Source: Zygnema circumcarinatum SAG 698-1b
Lineage: Eukaryota > Plantae > Zygnematophyceae
Length of the DNA: 64,000 nt
NCBI GenBank assembly: GCA_037447605.1
Contig: CM074805.1
Span: 744,001 to 808,000 of the forward strand
Direction: 5' to 3'
The notes beneath the pieces are model-generated. The model worked only from the letters and a program-made list of their open reading frames with translations. It was not told the DNA's origin and made no database searches. Shown here one piece after another: positions 10,479 to 22,990 of the stretch; the first letter of the stretch is position 1; each line of letters begins with the position of its first letter. A program made the translations under genes and the position numbers.

Positions 10479-13400
10479 TGTTAGTGTTAGTGTGCTATAG
10501 TTAGACATTGTACGGGTTCACAATTCGCTAACATTGTTGCGGGTCCTCGGGCCAAAGTCATGAGATTCGGGCTTAGTAGTGTTCCCTGTGAAATACGGCC
10601 GGGCCAAATGCCTGCGGGTCTGCACGCCGGAGATGTCGGTGATGTCGGCGAACCGCCGTAATTCTTAGTGCGGTCCGCTGGATCGCGGATCAGGCCGGAC
10701 CACGGAGGAGACCGAGCCGCCAGCCCACGCTGACAGTGTGAACGGCTGCTGAAATGCGACACGGAGATTTCGCCAGCGGGACGGCGCTAATGTGTAATGT
10801 GCGCTACGAACGAATATTGGCGGCGGACGCCAGACGGACGGGCGCTAAGTTCTCAAGGCTGAACGACGCATAAGTTCGGGGAGTGGGCGGGCGACCAGGC
10901 CACTTTAATTCGGACCAGGTCGGGCAACCGGGCGAGGTTTGCGAAAAGACCGCGAAAGCCGATGTTGAACGCACTGGTCGGCCAATCCATGAGGGCGGCC
11001 GTAATGCGACATCGGTCAACAAGGAAGATGTCACGTAAATACGTACCATGGCGTATATAGGTTTAGCTTTGTTACGGCGATAACCACATTAATTACCGTA
11101 GTCCCGGACTTATTCTCAGGCCTCGCCGTGTTAAGCCGGGCCGCCCCGCTTGTGTCGCAAGGCAGTGAGTAAGGGAGAAGTAGCTATAGTGAGAGGGGGA
11201 GAACTTCATGTGGGTGACATTCTTATTATAAAGGAGTTTTAGAGCCGTGAGCTTTCTCCTCTATACTCTCTCGTGTGTGATTTCCGCTGTGCTCGTCTTT
11301 GCGTTCATTCTGTGAGTTATGGGCTATGAGTGAAGTGAGTTAGAGTGAGAGAGAGTGAAGATGTCTTCATCGGTGGGAACCGGAGTTCTAATGGAGAGCG
11401 ACACGCGAGGTGGCGCCGGAGCAAATGGAAGCGCATCCGCATCTAACAAGTGGTATCGGCCAATGGTGGCGTACGGTAGGACCACGGAAGTTCAAAGATT
11501 CCCAGATTCACGGTCAAGACTGGCGCGTGGAGATGGCGGCTGGTTCCTTTGCTCGTGGGCAAGGGACCGTTGGGGTACGCTACATCTTCATCAAGGCACC
11601 GTGCTACCGGAGTGGGTTTACCGCTGAGCGTGCCAGCTTCCAAGTGGCGCCGCCATGATGGAGTGCCATGACAACAAAGCGCTCACCCGTGATTGCCATG
11701 AGTGTGAGGGGAAGTCCTTCGCCCATGTCAGAGGATCTCCACTTCACATGCTATGTGGAGGTGCCAGAAGAGAGATGTATGATGTAAAGGATAACGCCAC
11801 GATAGTGAGTCTTTTACACGCAATTTGGGAAGATGAAGATGACTTCGATGAGAAACTGAAAGTGAATATATGGTCGCTCATAATTTGATGGAGAGGTTCT
11901 CATAGCCTACGTAAAACCGTTGTGAGAGTGACCATAAGATCACCCAGCCTTAGGGATTGACCTCTGTGATTTGATGGCAGCCGCAATGGACTGGCCCTAA
12001 TCTAACTCTAAAATGACCCTGAGCAAGAAGCGGAGGATCAAGGAGGAGGACACCGCCCAAGACACCGAGCACCGAGGAGAAGGTGTTAGCACAAGACTCA
12101 CGACAAGACCAAGAGGAGGTGTGCGCCAAGTCGACCGAGGAGAACGCTCGCGATGTTACACGCGGTGGGCAAGATCGCCACTACTCTACATCAAGCATAA
12201 GAACAAGAGTCCCCAAGATCGGGAGGAGGAGGCGCTACCGCATTCGCAAGAAGGAGAAGAAAGGCTTCAAGGATCTGCCTAAGTGCAAGCATGAGAGGTC
12301 ACAGCACCGAATGCGTAGGGTCGAATGAGACCAATCTCAGATGGCCGAAGCGTCCGTTCTCGACTTTGTTGGGAAGATCCGTGTTCAGATCTCGCTGCCC
12401 CTCGTTGATCGACTTCAGCGCCTACACACATGTGTATGCATAAAGTGTGATGTTCTCCACGTTGGACACGCCGAGAAGACTCGACCGCTCACTCAAGAAT
12501 CGGAGAGGGAGTGACAGCCACGGCGGGTGGAGTAGTCAAGATGATTCTGAGACGCGCTTCCGTCATCTACGTAAGAGGAGAGGGAGGAGCCGCTTATGAC
12601 GTGGTGGATACCTACACCCCCAGCCAAATGTAACTTCATGCCCGTTAGCTGCGGTGTGCAAGAGGGGGTACGGTGATCACGTTCAAGGAGAAGTTCATGT
12701 AGCCTGGCTTCACGCGCGATCGGGAAGCGCCGTTGAGGGGTAAGGAGAAGGGAGGCCTGTGATATTCTCATTATAGAAGGATGAGGATGAAGATGTGATG
12801 GTCGTAATGAAATCGCCATAAATCTCGCATCGTAGGACTTGACATCTTAACCATCGGGCTGCAAATGTACTTGCCGCTAAGGGGCTGGTCCGCGGGGTTG
12901 TAGGACGTAGATGTCGTGGAGAAGGAGCCCTGCAAGGAGGTGTAGAGGGAAGGCGACGGAACCATTCACAGAGCTGAGAGGAGGCGCATCATGCCAGAGA
13001 AATCGGAGTCAGTTCACACCCCACCTGTGGCCCCGCGGACACCGCAACGCAGGGAGGAGCTCGGTACTTCATCACTTTCTCGGATGATTTTCGAGGAAAA
13101 ATTTGGGTGAAAATTCTCAAGAACAAGTCCGAGGCTTCTGAGCCTTCAGAGATTGGGCGCACTGTGATGAGCTGCAGAGAGCCGGACGTAAAATCAAGAC
13201 TCGCTGCATAAATCCGAGGGAGTCGCTTCATGGAGTTCGGGCGAAAATCAAGACTCTCGTGGAATTAGCATGAATTCCTCTCAAGCCCCTACTCCTCAGA
13301 GTAATGGAGCTGCCGAAGGGTAATAGACGCTGGGGACACATGCTTTACCATGCCTCATGATTCCCCTTCCGCTTCTCGGGAGAGGCGGTGATGACCCCAG

Positions 13401-14446
13401 CCTACCTTTTTAGAATAGATGCCCATCTTTCGCTCGGGCGACCGTGTTCCCGAGGAGGTGAGTGGGGAGAAAGCCCACGGCTTCCCACCGGTTGCTTTCG
13501 GAGCGCTGGGCCGCCGGTCGCATAGCGCCGGGCTGGCGAGATGTAAGAGGAAGTTTGACCCGCGAGCCGCTGAAGGATATATGTTCTCGGCTACAATATG
13601 ACAACCGCGACCTGCTGTGATTTGGAACCCAAGGAAATAAGGAAGTGCAGAGCTCGAGGGACATCACGGTGACGAGAAAGGGCTGCATACGCTAGGTGAG
13701 ACCCAGCCCCCAAAGACAGATTGGAGATTGTGTGATGAGGACGGGAGACCACGGGAGAAGGCGCTGAAGCCTTCTCGTGTCCCGCATGGAGGAGATCAAA
13801 GATGCCGCGAGAGCCGGCGAGCCGGATCAGAGCAATGCCAACGCCGCAGGCGAGGCGAGTCAACCCGGGTGCCGCAAAGGGAGCCGAGAAATCACTCGAG
13901 ACGCGCCCCACTACACACTCACCCGCCGATGAGGAAGACTCCGGCCTAAACCGACCTTTGCACGGGACAGTATCCGAGGACTTAGATATGGCTTCTAGAG
14001 AGACGCCATGAGGGCAGCGATGCTCTCCGGATTTGTTCCTGAATTTTCTTCAACTCGAGGAGTGCGGGAGAACGCAGGCGACCGCTGAGGAGCACTGCGG
14101 TGGTGAGGAGGCCTAAACGATATAGGCCGTCGCAGACTAACCTGATGCAGGAGAGAGTGCCTACGGATTCTGCTGACCTCGCAGGAGTTGCCCACTGCTA
14201 CATGATCACTGAGCCGCAAACCTTCGAGGAGGCTCACGATGGGGTCGATGGAGCGAAGTGGCGAGCAGCGATCGATAGCGAGTGGAATAGTCTGATAGAG
14301 AACGGAACGTGGCGACTGGAGAAGCTGCCGAAGGGAAGGTGAGCTATTGGATGCAAATGGGTGTTCAAGGTGAAGCGCAAGGCGAACGGGAGTGTCGACC
14401 GTTACAAGGCGCGGCTGGTGGCGAAGGGATACAGCCAGAAGTACGG
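10479..14446 (+). mobile_element. Decayed Ty1/Copia LTR retrotransposon, truncated at an N gap
   Basis: LTR TGTTAG...CTAACA (10479-11448) followed by PBS-like TGGTATC at 11451. Broken gag; integrase remnant GGARYFITFSDDFRGKIWVKILKNKSE (about 13050-13135); RT start [62 protein letters not shown]. Confidence 0.85.
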
Positions 14447-14666
14447 NNNNNNNNNNGAAAAATGATCTCACTCCCTTAGGAGTTTTAGGCTGAACAAGAC
14501 AGCTATAGAAGTGATGCAAACTACTCAAAGAGACCCTCGAAGAGCGGTCAAACTATCAAACTGTTTGCAGTGAAGAATGCCTTCCAATGAAAGGTCTGTC
14601 AACCTCTTTCGAAACTCGTCTTTCTCCCATCCAATTACTGAAAAATCAGACTCGACGGTAGTAGTA

Positions 14667-14799
14667 GGGGGTGTCAGACTTAACAAAATGTTACGAACAA
14701 AAAAGTTTTGTAAGTACTCCGCCGCACCAGGATTGCGATGTCACCAAAGTACTTGTTCTGGTCTCAAACGTACGAACAATTTTTAAGTCTGACACCCCC
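14667..14799. mobile_element. 133 bp MITE (TIR GGGGGTGTCAGACTTAA, TA target duplication), related to family A
   Basis: Perfect 17 bp TIRs with TA on both sides. Confidence 0.8.
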
Positions 14800-15840
14800 T
14801 AGTGTTGGGAAATAATGAACGTCCGTACGTGCACGGTTTCGTCCGTACAGTCCATATTTACGTGTTTTTACAAAACCAAGTTAGGGGACAGTCCCCTATC
14901 TTAAGCCGAAATCCCCTATTTGAAGAGGCCTGTATATTAGCCTTATGGTCCGTACTAGCCGTATTAACCGTACTGTACTAACCTTACGAGCCGTACTAGC
15001 TGTACTAGCCGTTACGGGCTCAAGACTCTTCCCGCACGTGCCGCCGTAAGAGGCGCTCGTTCCTCTCCTCATCTTCGTGACTTCGATTCGGTACGATACG
15101 ATACGATACGTACGAATAAACAGGAACTCTAACCTAATACCGCCCGCCTATTGTTAACACGGACACCCTTATATTTTCGCTACCCAATATTTTCGCCCAA
15201 CATTTGCCGAAACCATGGCGAAAATATTGGGGGGGTCTACTGTACTGTTTCTCTCTCTGTACGAAGGCGCATGGCCGCCCGGTGGACCCTGCCGCGAGCT
15301 TCTATTGGTGCCGTACGTTTAACCACACGACATCCTATTGGTGACGTACATATATCGTACGATTTAGAGATTCTAACCGTATTTACCGTACATTGGAATA
15401 GCGTGACCCATGTTTGAAAACCGTTTCGATTAACAGATTTTGTATTGAAAAATTAGGCCAGGTTAGGTAAACACCCCTAATACATCAGCACAGACTTACC
15501 GTACTAACAGTGGTTTCGGCAAAATCAGGGCGAATTTCTTGGGGAACGCAAGGACGAGGGTGGAAAATATTAGGGGGGGCTACTGAAACCCGAGCGCCAT
15601 CTTTTTCGTACGACTCTCTGGGCCAGTCGATCAACAATTTCTGTACGAACCTCCGGGACCCCGCGTTTTTGCGATCCGCTAAAATCTCATTGTTGATCGG
15701 TGGACCCAAGGAAAACTCAAATTGAATACAAACGAATAATTAATTGTTCAATGTTCAATTAGTTCTCCATAAAAATTGTATTAACTAAAACAAATAGAAA
15801 TTCATTTCTCATTTCTCAAAATGAACCTTGTTCACAAATA

Positions 15841-16040
15841 GGGGGAGTCAGATCTTGACCATCGCTTACGAGATTCCCGAATTCCTTCTACTGAAAGTCA
15901 CGACTTTCGTGTACGAATTCCCGGTCGGGATCCGCGGCTCCGTCGTTCACAGCCGTACCGAAATGCGTACCTAGCCAATGCTTAATTCGCCCGACAGGCT
16001 TACGAAATTGATTTGGCGATGGCCAAGGTCTGACTCCCCC
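15841..16040. mobile_element. MITE family A copy
   Basis: TA-GGGGGAGTCAGATCTTGACCATCGC ... GCGATGGCCAAGGTCTGACTCCCCC-TA. Confidence 0.8.
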
Positions 16041-16167
16041 TAATAATATAGGGTTTTTTTTATTATCAGAAACTGGTTTTGAAAATGAAAACAGATTTTG
16101 TTTGAGAAGCCAGAATGTTGAACTTCTTTTTTTCTCAACCTGTTCGGTTTTCCGGTACAGTACAGTA

Positions 16168-16358
16168 CAGTAGACCCCCCCAATATTTTCGCCATGGTTT
16201 CGGCAAATATTGGGCGAAAATATTGGGTAGCGAAAATATAAGGGTGCGTGTTAACAATAGGCGGGCAGTATTATATTAAAAAGTGGTTTTGGCAAATTCA
16301 GGGCGAAAATATTGGGGAGCGAAAATAAGAGGGGCGAAAATATTGGGGGGGTCTACTG
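16168..16358. mobile_element. MITE family B, intact, Tc1/mariner-type
   Basis: TIR CAGTAGACCCCCCCAATATTTTCGCC at both ends, TA duplication; CAGT termini are typical of Tc1/mariner. Confidence 0.85.
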
Positions 16359-17333
16359 TACTGAATCCTAGACGGCCGTACTGAGGGAGGTCCTTCTGAG
16401 ACCTGGTTACAGTACGTGCAGGGGAGGTCTTATTTGCATAATCGTCATCCATCCACACCGTCCATTGCACGTGTAATCGACGACCAATATTGCAGTCCAC
16501 CCGCTGACCAAATTTCGCGGTCCTTTCTCCCAAGCTCAAATTTCAGCCCTTCGGATCCCCCCGATTCTGCGGCTGCAATTCTTCATCGTTCAATCCTGGC
16601 CGTCCGTTTGATACCCGCAGGATAAGTTTTCGACCACTAGGCTATCGGCGTCGCACATGCGAAAGCAGTTTGATCCGTGTTTGTTCACACTGCCTAGGTC
16701 GATCCGTCGTTCTCTCGCGCCCGGCCTTTTTTCGCGCTGAAGCTCGAATCCGACATATAAGAGCCGTCGGATTGAGCGTGCGGATCCAATTTTTTTTCGG
16801 AATCGGACGGCTCTCGGTAGCCGATCGAAAGCACAATTCGTCAGAGAGGGTCCGTACACCGAACTTGGCGGCTTCCAGACCAGCCCCCCGAGCCGTAGGC
16901 TCGAAACGTTGAGGTGGCTCGGATGAGGCTCGAACTAGCCCCGGATAAGGCACAGAACAGGTGCGGCGGCGGTGCGGGCCAATCGCACGGCATGGAACCG
17001 CCTTAGCGTTGAAAACCGCTCACACGGTGGAGCCCAAAAACTGCGCCGTCGTTGTCTGAAAGGAGACGGCAGCCGGCAAAAACTTTGACGACGGTCGGCA
17101 GATTTTGGCCGGCAACCGGCCTGACCGGCAGCTCTGGGGGGGGGAGGGCTGCAGGGGGGGGGAGAGAGAGGCTGGTTTAAGCAGGAGGCGGGAGGATTGG
17201 GGGGTTCTTGGAGGCGCTGGCGGAGCTGCAGGAGCCTGGAGGAGAGCGGAGGAGGGGCAGAAAAAGCGGCTGGAGGCAGAGTATGTGTGGTTGAGGAGGT
17301 TTTGGGCCCTGTTTGATCCTGTTTCTGGAAAAA

Positions 17334-17888
17334 ATGGCTGCTCCTGGAAGGAGGTGTGTGCGGGTGTATCCAACAGTGCGCCATGGCGGGAGGGACGTGG
17401 ATCAGGCGGGAGATGTGGTACTATGCTCTCCCCCCTCCTTGTCAAGCAAGGTATTGAACGGGAAGGAGGTGGTGAAGGCAGAGGAAGAGCGGGAGGTGGC
17501 GATGAAGATGCGCAGGATGGAGTGGGAGAGGCGGATAAAGGGGGATTGTGAGAGCAAGACGAGCGAGCCGAGAGCACCAGAGGAGGAAGGAGAGGAGGCC
17601 GAGGACGACGACGAGGATGACGAGGAGGAGGGAGATGATGACGAGGGAGAAGAAGGTGAAGAAGAGGGAGAGGAGGATGGAGATGACGAGGGAGATGAAC
17701 CAGGAGAAGAAGGCGGAGAGGCGGGAGACGAGGGCGACGAAGGCGACGAAGGTGATGAAGATGAGGGTGATGACGACGATGCCGAGGGAGAGGGTGCTGA
17801 TGAGGAGGACGACGAGGAGGACGACGACGACGAAGATGAGGAGGATGAAGAAGAAGTGCCTGCGAGCAAGAAGACGAAACGAAGCTGA
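17334..17888 (+). CDS. Hypothetical intronless ORF with a long Asp/Glu tail and C-terminal basic motif
   Basis: About 95-residue D/E/G tract ending in PASKKTKRS. Start uncertain, no family recognised. Confidence 0.35.
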   Translation: MAAPGRRCVRVYPTVRHGGRDVDQAGDVVLCSPPSLSSKVLNGKEVVKAEEEREVAMKMRRMEWERRIKGDCESKTSEPRAPEEEGEEAEDDDEDDEEEGDDDEGEEGEEEGEEDGDDEGDEPGEEGGEAGDEGDEGDEGDEDEGDDDDAEGEGADEEDDEEDDDDEDEEDEEEVPASKKTKRS

Positions 17889-19247
17889 GCTAGTTGTGCC
17901 CGCTGGTCTCCTGTTGCAGGTGGTTACATCCTACTACCTGCAAACAAAGGCTACTGAATAGAGCTTAAGGCTGGATCCTGTTTTTTTGAGGTCGACTGCG
18001 ATGAGGTTTCTTGTTACTTTCTCTTAATTTCTTTTCTGTTACTGTGCTTTTCCTGCTATTTTTTTTGTTAGTAGCTTGGTTGTACCACTATTGTCGACAG
18101 TTGAGAACACCGTCTATAGTGTAAATGCTGTATAGCTCTCGACATTACAGTTTCAATGTGGAAGACTCTATTTTTTCGAGATCTGACGCTATCTAAAGCT
18201 TTGCTTTTATCTTTATTTTGGTCAAGTTTTGAGTCGCAGTTTCAATCTGAGTTGCCTCCATTTGGTTTAGTTTGCTTCTTCATTCTCAGATTATTTTCAA
18301 GAATCTGCAATGTATTCGTGATTGTCGTTTTCTCATTGAAAGACGACTTACTGAGATGGAAGAGGCGTGATGATGATAACTGATAACGTGTTGTGTTGAT
18401 AACTCCTTTTGATGAAGAGTTGCCGTGTCGTCTTGCAGGCCGCTGCTCACCGGGAGTCTTCACGATCTGGCCATGGCCTCGTTCTCTGGCTTAAACGTCT
18501 TTGAAGAAGAAACATTTCAACTTTGGACAGGGCAGGGGATGAGGAGCTTAGCCTCAAGCTGCTTTATGGGGGGAGGGGGAGGGGAGGAGGCCTGCCGCTT
18601 TTTGTAGCCCAATAGCTTTTAGAGCATCCGACAGGCTATTTGCTTAGGTCTTCATCCCTTTTCTAGTTGTCTCCGGTTTAGGTAGATGCGCCTCTCCTGT
18701 TATCAAGGTCTTAGCAAGCCTGGTGCAGTCTGCAGCAAACGCCGGTCTGTTGTGTATGTCATGCAATGTGCAAGAGGTAGGAAGGTTTACAGAATCACAT
18801 TAAATTTTAGACTGTTGCGCCTGCAGTGGTCAAAGCAAATTTGGCTGTGAAATAAGCTGTGGTCTTTGAGAAGGCCAGAGTGGTTTTGTATACCAACAGC
18901 CGCAAATAACAGCCTTCTTTAGTTGAAAAATGTTTAGGATGGCAGCCAAGGGCTGTGAATGCGTCGCAGACGAACCTGTAATGCAAGTTTTTGTAGGCTC
19001 TTTTCATGCTGTCCTGATCGGGTTTTGTCTGGGTTTTTGATGATTTGCACCGCGTGCTTGTCTATGTACTTTCGCGTACATTTCATTTCTCTTTTCAACT
19101 TTTTGTGAGATTAATGCCACATCCTCGCATACTGTTTTGATTGGATTGAAAGCTGCTGTCAGCATCCAAATCAGGGAGATAGATTCTGATTTTTGAGACC
19201 GAGACTCTGGTTATTTGTAGTATATCAGTACCGCTGGCTTCTTGTCG

Positions 19248-19715
19248 TCATTCAACTTTAACACCAATGCAGATAAAAAGATAGCGATAATGTAAAAAGC
19301 ATATGTAAAAATAAGAGCGGCTGAGATTTGAAGATTGTGGAGTGGAAGGATATGTTGGATTCTTAGCACACTGAACAGATCCACAGTTCGGGCCAATCAT
19401 TGTATGATTGCATCGACAATCATTGGCAACCATAGGCAATCCAAGGTTGCAACCACTAGCAATGGCTGGTTGGGATGCGAACCAATTGCTCCCAACCTGT
19501 CCAATGGTTGATCCAATGGTAGGATTTTGGCATGCTCTGACGTCTGGAGGATCTGAACACAAGCGAGAAGTACTTGCAGTCATACATTTCCTATAATCTG
19601 CTATACAACGACAATCCCTGTGTTTAAAAAATCCGACTTTGTACAAAACCCCGTAACATTGGCTTACGAGATACCCAATAACAACAAAATACTTCAGAAG
19701 AATGGTTTCATTCAT
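19248..19715 (-). CDS. Putative secreted cysteine-rich protein (155 aa)
   Basis: Hydrophobic N-terminus (LLKYFVVIGYLVSQCYG), two DCRC-x-C-x-C modules, S/P-rich spacer and aromatic-hydrophobic C-terminus. Overlaps the stop codon of the upstream gene. Confidence 0.4.
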   Translation of the reverse strand: MNETILLKYFVVIGYLVSQCYGVLYKVGFFKHRDCRCIADYRKCMTASTSRLCSDPPDVRACQNPTIGSTIGQVGSNWFASQPAIASGCNLGLPMVANDCRCNHTMIGPNCGSVQCAKNPTYPSTPQSSNLSRSYFYICFLHYRYLFICIGVKVE

Positions 19716-22700
19716 GAAAGACTTCAATATGGCGGTTTACGTCCCGCTCACTGTGAAGGCCAAGGCCGCATATTGGACATGATACTCGACAGCTTTTCGG
19801 AAGCGTGTCCCCGCCCATATGCGAAACAATGTCCTCCCCTTCTGCAGACGCCTTTCCTTCCTGAAGTCGAGAGTCTTCCCTAACCTCTGCAGCTCCGTCG
19901 CCATGGATTGAAGACGTTTGATGCAACTGATGCTGTTGAGCTGAAGCATGGGCATGCACAGCCGCCATATGCAGATCGACTTCCTTCAACATGATGGGCT
20001 TCCTGCACACTTCGCATGGAGCGGTTCTTGAGCCGCATTCGCTCTCATGTTGAGTCAGTCCATGGAGACGGTCTCGAGGATTCACTGCCTCCCCTCGGGC
20101 GTGCACAGACCCTCCACAAAATTTGCAGAGGATTATTCGTAGAGGACACGTGTCAGTTCGGTGCTTCACCTGCAAGGAAGGAGTCCAACAGCTACCGTTA
20201 TTCTCAGTAATGACAGAGTGATGAGCACACATCCGCTGTCTCAAACTCTGACTTCCCCAAATCCTCCACACCTTGAACTGAATTTCCTAAACTCGCAAGA
20301 AAACCCTAAAAGCCCTAAATCTGCGTAGAGAAAATCCCGCAATAGTCACCTTTGCCTACTCTGCCGGACTCAAAAGGTAAAGAGCTTAGAGAGAACTGAC
20401 GCCTGCTATGTCTCAGTAACGCTTCACAACTATTTACACTACTCTACTGTCTATTGTCTATTCAGCTCTAATGAAGCCATAGCTTACCATGGCCTCCATC
20501 TCCATCACAGCCCCACACTCGCACTTTAGAGCTGCGTGGATGACAGTTTCATGTTTTCTGAGCTCCGCCGCCTTCATCGCCTCTCCGCACCTTCCGCAAT
20601 GGACATGATTTGCTCTTTCCTCTTTCCTCAAAACTGCACCGCATGATGGGAAGTCGCAAGTAACATTATGTCGTCGGCAGTACGCTTCATGCAACAATAG
20701 CGTTCTCTGTGGAACAAACTGCTTGCAGTTCCCGCATTGTTCAATGTCTGCAACCCCCTCTGTCAGAGTTCTCTTCTCAATTGCCCCACCCAGAAGCACG
20801 CCTCGACTTGCGCTCTCTTTCCTGTTTTTAGCATCCACTGAGACCTTAAATTTGGAAGATCCTCGAAAGCCATACACTCCCAAACTGTACTGGACTGCTC
20901 CCTTAAACTTTGAGCCATCCTGGGCAGACAAGACGATAACTTTAGTGCCCACATCATGAGATGACCACTGATGCTGATGCTGTGTAGGATAGAGAATAGG
21001 CTGTGAAGCTAAATACAAGTCTGCATCGGCTTCATCCCTAACGCTAGTGGACCCTTCTCCTTTCCAACCACCCATCTCCAACGTCACTAAGATGTCCATC
21101 TCAGCAGACACTACAGCTTTTGCCAAACTCTCATCCACAAAGAACTTGTAGTAGCGATACTTCCCCTCCTCTACTAGTCCTTCCTGTGCTTTCCCGAATG
21201 TGAGCGGGACAATGACTCTCGACTCGTTTGCTTTACTCTCCGTTGCAGGGGCCACATCTACCTCCAAATCTGTCTCAATCAACGAAACAGAAAGCTCAGG
21301 CTTCAGCTCCAACACTTTGAGCCGATACTCCAAACCTCCATATTCTAAGGCCAAAGTATCACCTACTGTCAGAGTTGAGTGATTGCGAAGCTTCGCTTCC
21401 AGAATAGCTTTGTGATTCTGAAGCTCGGCAAAGTCAAGAGTGTCTGGTTGGAGCTTTGCGAATTCTCCTCTAGGAAGTCTGATGTAGCGAATATGTACTT
21501 TTGAAGGTGGACCTGCTTTCTCTCCCCTGCTGTTCATTCCTAAGTTCAACCAGACATGATGTGGAAGCCCAACAAAGCCCTCCTCTGCACTGAACTCAAG
21601 AACACCTCCATGTGTGACTTTTCTCCTAATGCCAAGGTCCTCCGTGGAGGTCAACAATTGTCTTTGGGCCATTACATCAACGGATGAAGAAGGCCTATCC
21701 TGAATTCTGTTCCCTTCGTTCTCTTTAAAACTTCCTGCTTCCGACTGTTCCATATCTTCATCAATCGATCCGCTATCGCTGTCGACACTGATCTCAAAAA
21801 ACATCGGGCCCTTATCAAGGGCATGTTGGGACTCCAGCTCTGCCAAGGCTGATGCTGGAAGGGCAATTTTATCGCCTTTTTCAAGTGTTAATTGCGGGAC
21901 TAATTGTACATGGAACCGTATACCACCGCCTGCACTGATTTCCGCCTCTTCCTGGAGGAGAGCCTGGACATCACCCAAACAAGAAATCACATGAATGATC
22001 AAACCATACTACGGAAAGCAAGCGGGGAGTTACCATTACACTCTCTCCCTTCCGCCATTATTCTTTGTTCGGAAAAGGTATCGGTTATGTTGTTACAGGT
22101 GGAAAAGTTACGTACACTCAGCAAAGGTCAACCTTACGCCACACCAGAAAACCTACAACGAATTAAAACTGTTTCAACAAGGACGCACGGAGGCCAAGGG
22201 ACGGGCCAATGCCTTGAACTATGCACGATACAAAACTTTGAATAATAAAGGACATCACACACATACTGGAGAGATTTCATATCGTGTAAAAAACTGCGTA
22301 TAATCGCTACATTACGAATTAAAGGAATAAAGTGCCTCCCAGTTTGAAGCTCTAACTCTCCTTCTCATAAATACTTTCTCAATACGACACCAGGCGGTAC
22401 TGCATTTAAAGGACTACGTTCATCTCCTTATTTATTGGAAAGACCATAACAGAAGGCGAATTGGCGTAAAATGCACATGCTGTAATAGTTTCCAAAGGTC
22501 CATCTTAAGCTCGACACTGAACGTGATGGAAAGTGCCAAGACATATGTGGGGTGCAACCGATCGGTGCGAATTCATAGGTTCCTGACAAGCTGGCATGAT
22601 TACCGCTATTCTACGAGAGGAAAACATGAATATAGAACACAAAGAGAATACGAAAGTTGTTCCAAACGTGTTTACTCACTGCCTAGTCTCTTCACACGCA

Positions 22701-22990
22701 TCTGTCGAGCTAATTCAACTCTATACAGCTCCAACCAATCTGAACCTACAAAGCAGGTAAAGCCCCTACAATCTTCCCTTCCAAGCATGCCTCGGCTTAC
22801 AACTTACCTTTTCAGCGACCGCTGCCTCCCGCAACCTCCTCACGCGCTGCGCCTCGTCTATCTCTCTCTGCCGCCTTTCCGCCGCCTCCTTCACCCTCTT
22901 CTCCCTCTCCACTCGCTTCCGCGCCTCATCCTGTCGCTTCCTCTGCTCTCTTTCAAAGCGGAGAGCAGACTGTTGGAGCTCCCAATCCAT
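19708..22990 (-). CDS. UFD1-like ubiquitin fusion degradation protein with C-terminal zinc fingers (plant type)
   Basis: Exons 22808-22990, 20488-21963, 19708-20169. MDWELQQSALRFEREQ start; UFD1 core GDKIALPASAL, THGGVLEFSAEEG, NHKAILEAKLRNHSTLTVGD; zinc fingers CGNCKQ..HEAYC, CKFCG and HESECGSRTAPCEVC. Confidence 0.92.

Larger units (their letters stand above)
9452..15242. mobile_element. MITE family B copy split by about 5.6 kb of nested insertions
   Basis: Left half 9452-9529 and right half about 15135-15242 together reconstruct the reverse complement of the intact copy at 16168-16358. TA flanks at 9450-9451 and 15243-15244. Confidence 0.7.

Noticed and set aside
18807-19007. Short minus-strand ORF as a further exon of the Cys-rich protein
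   Set aside because: No convincing splice path or motif could be established.
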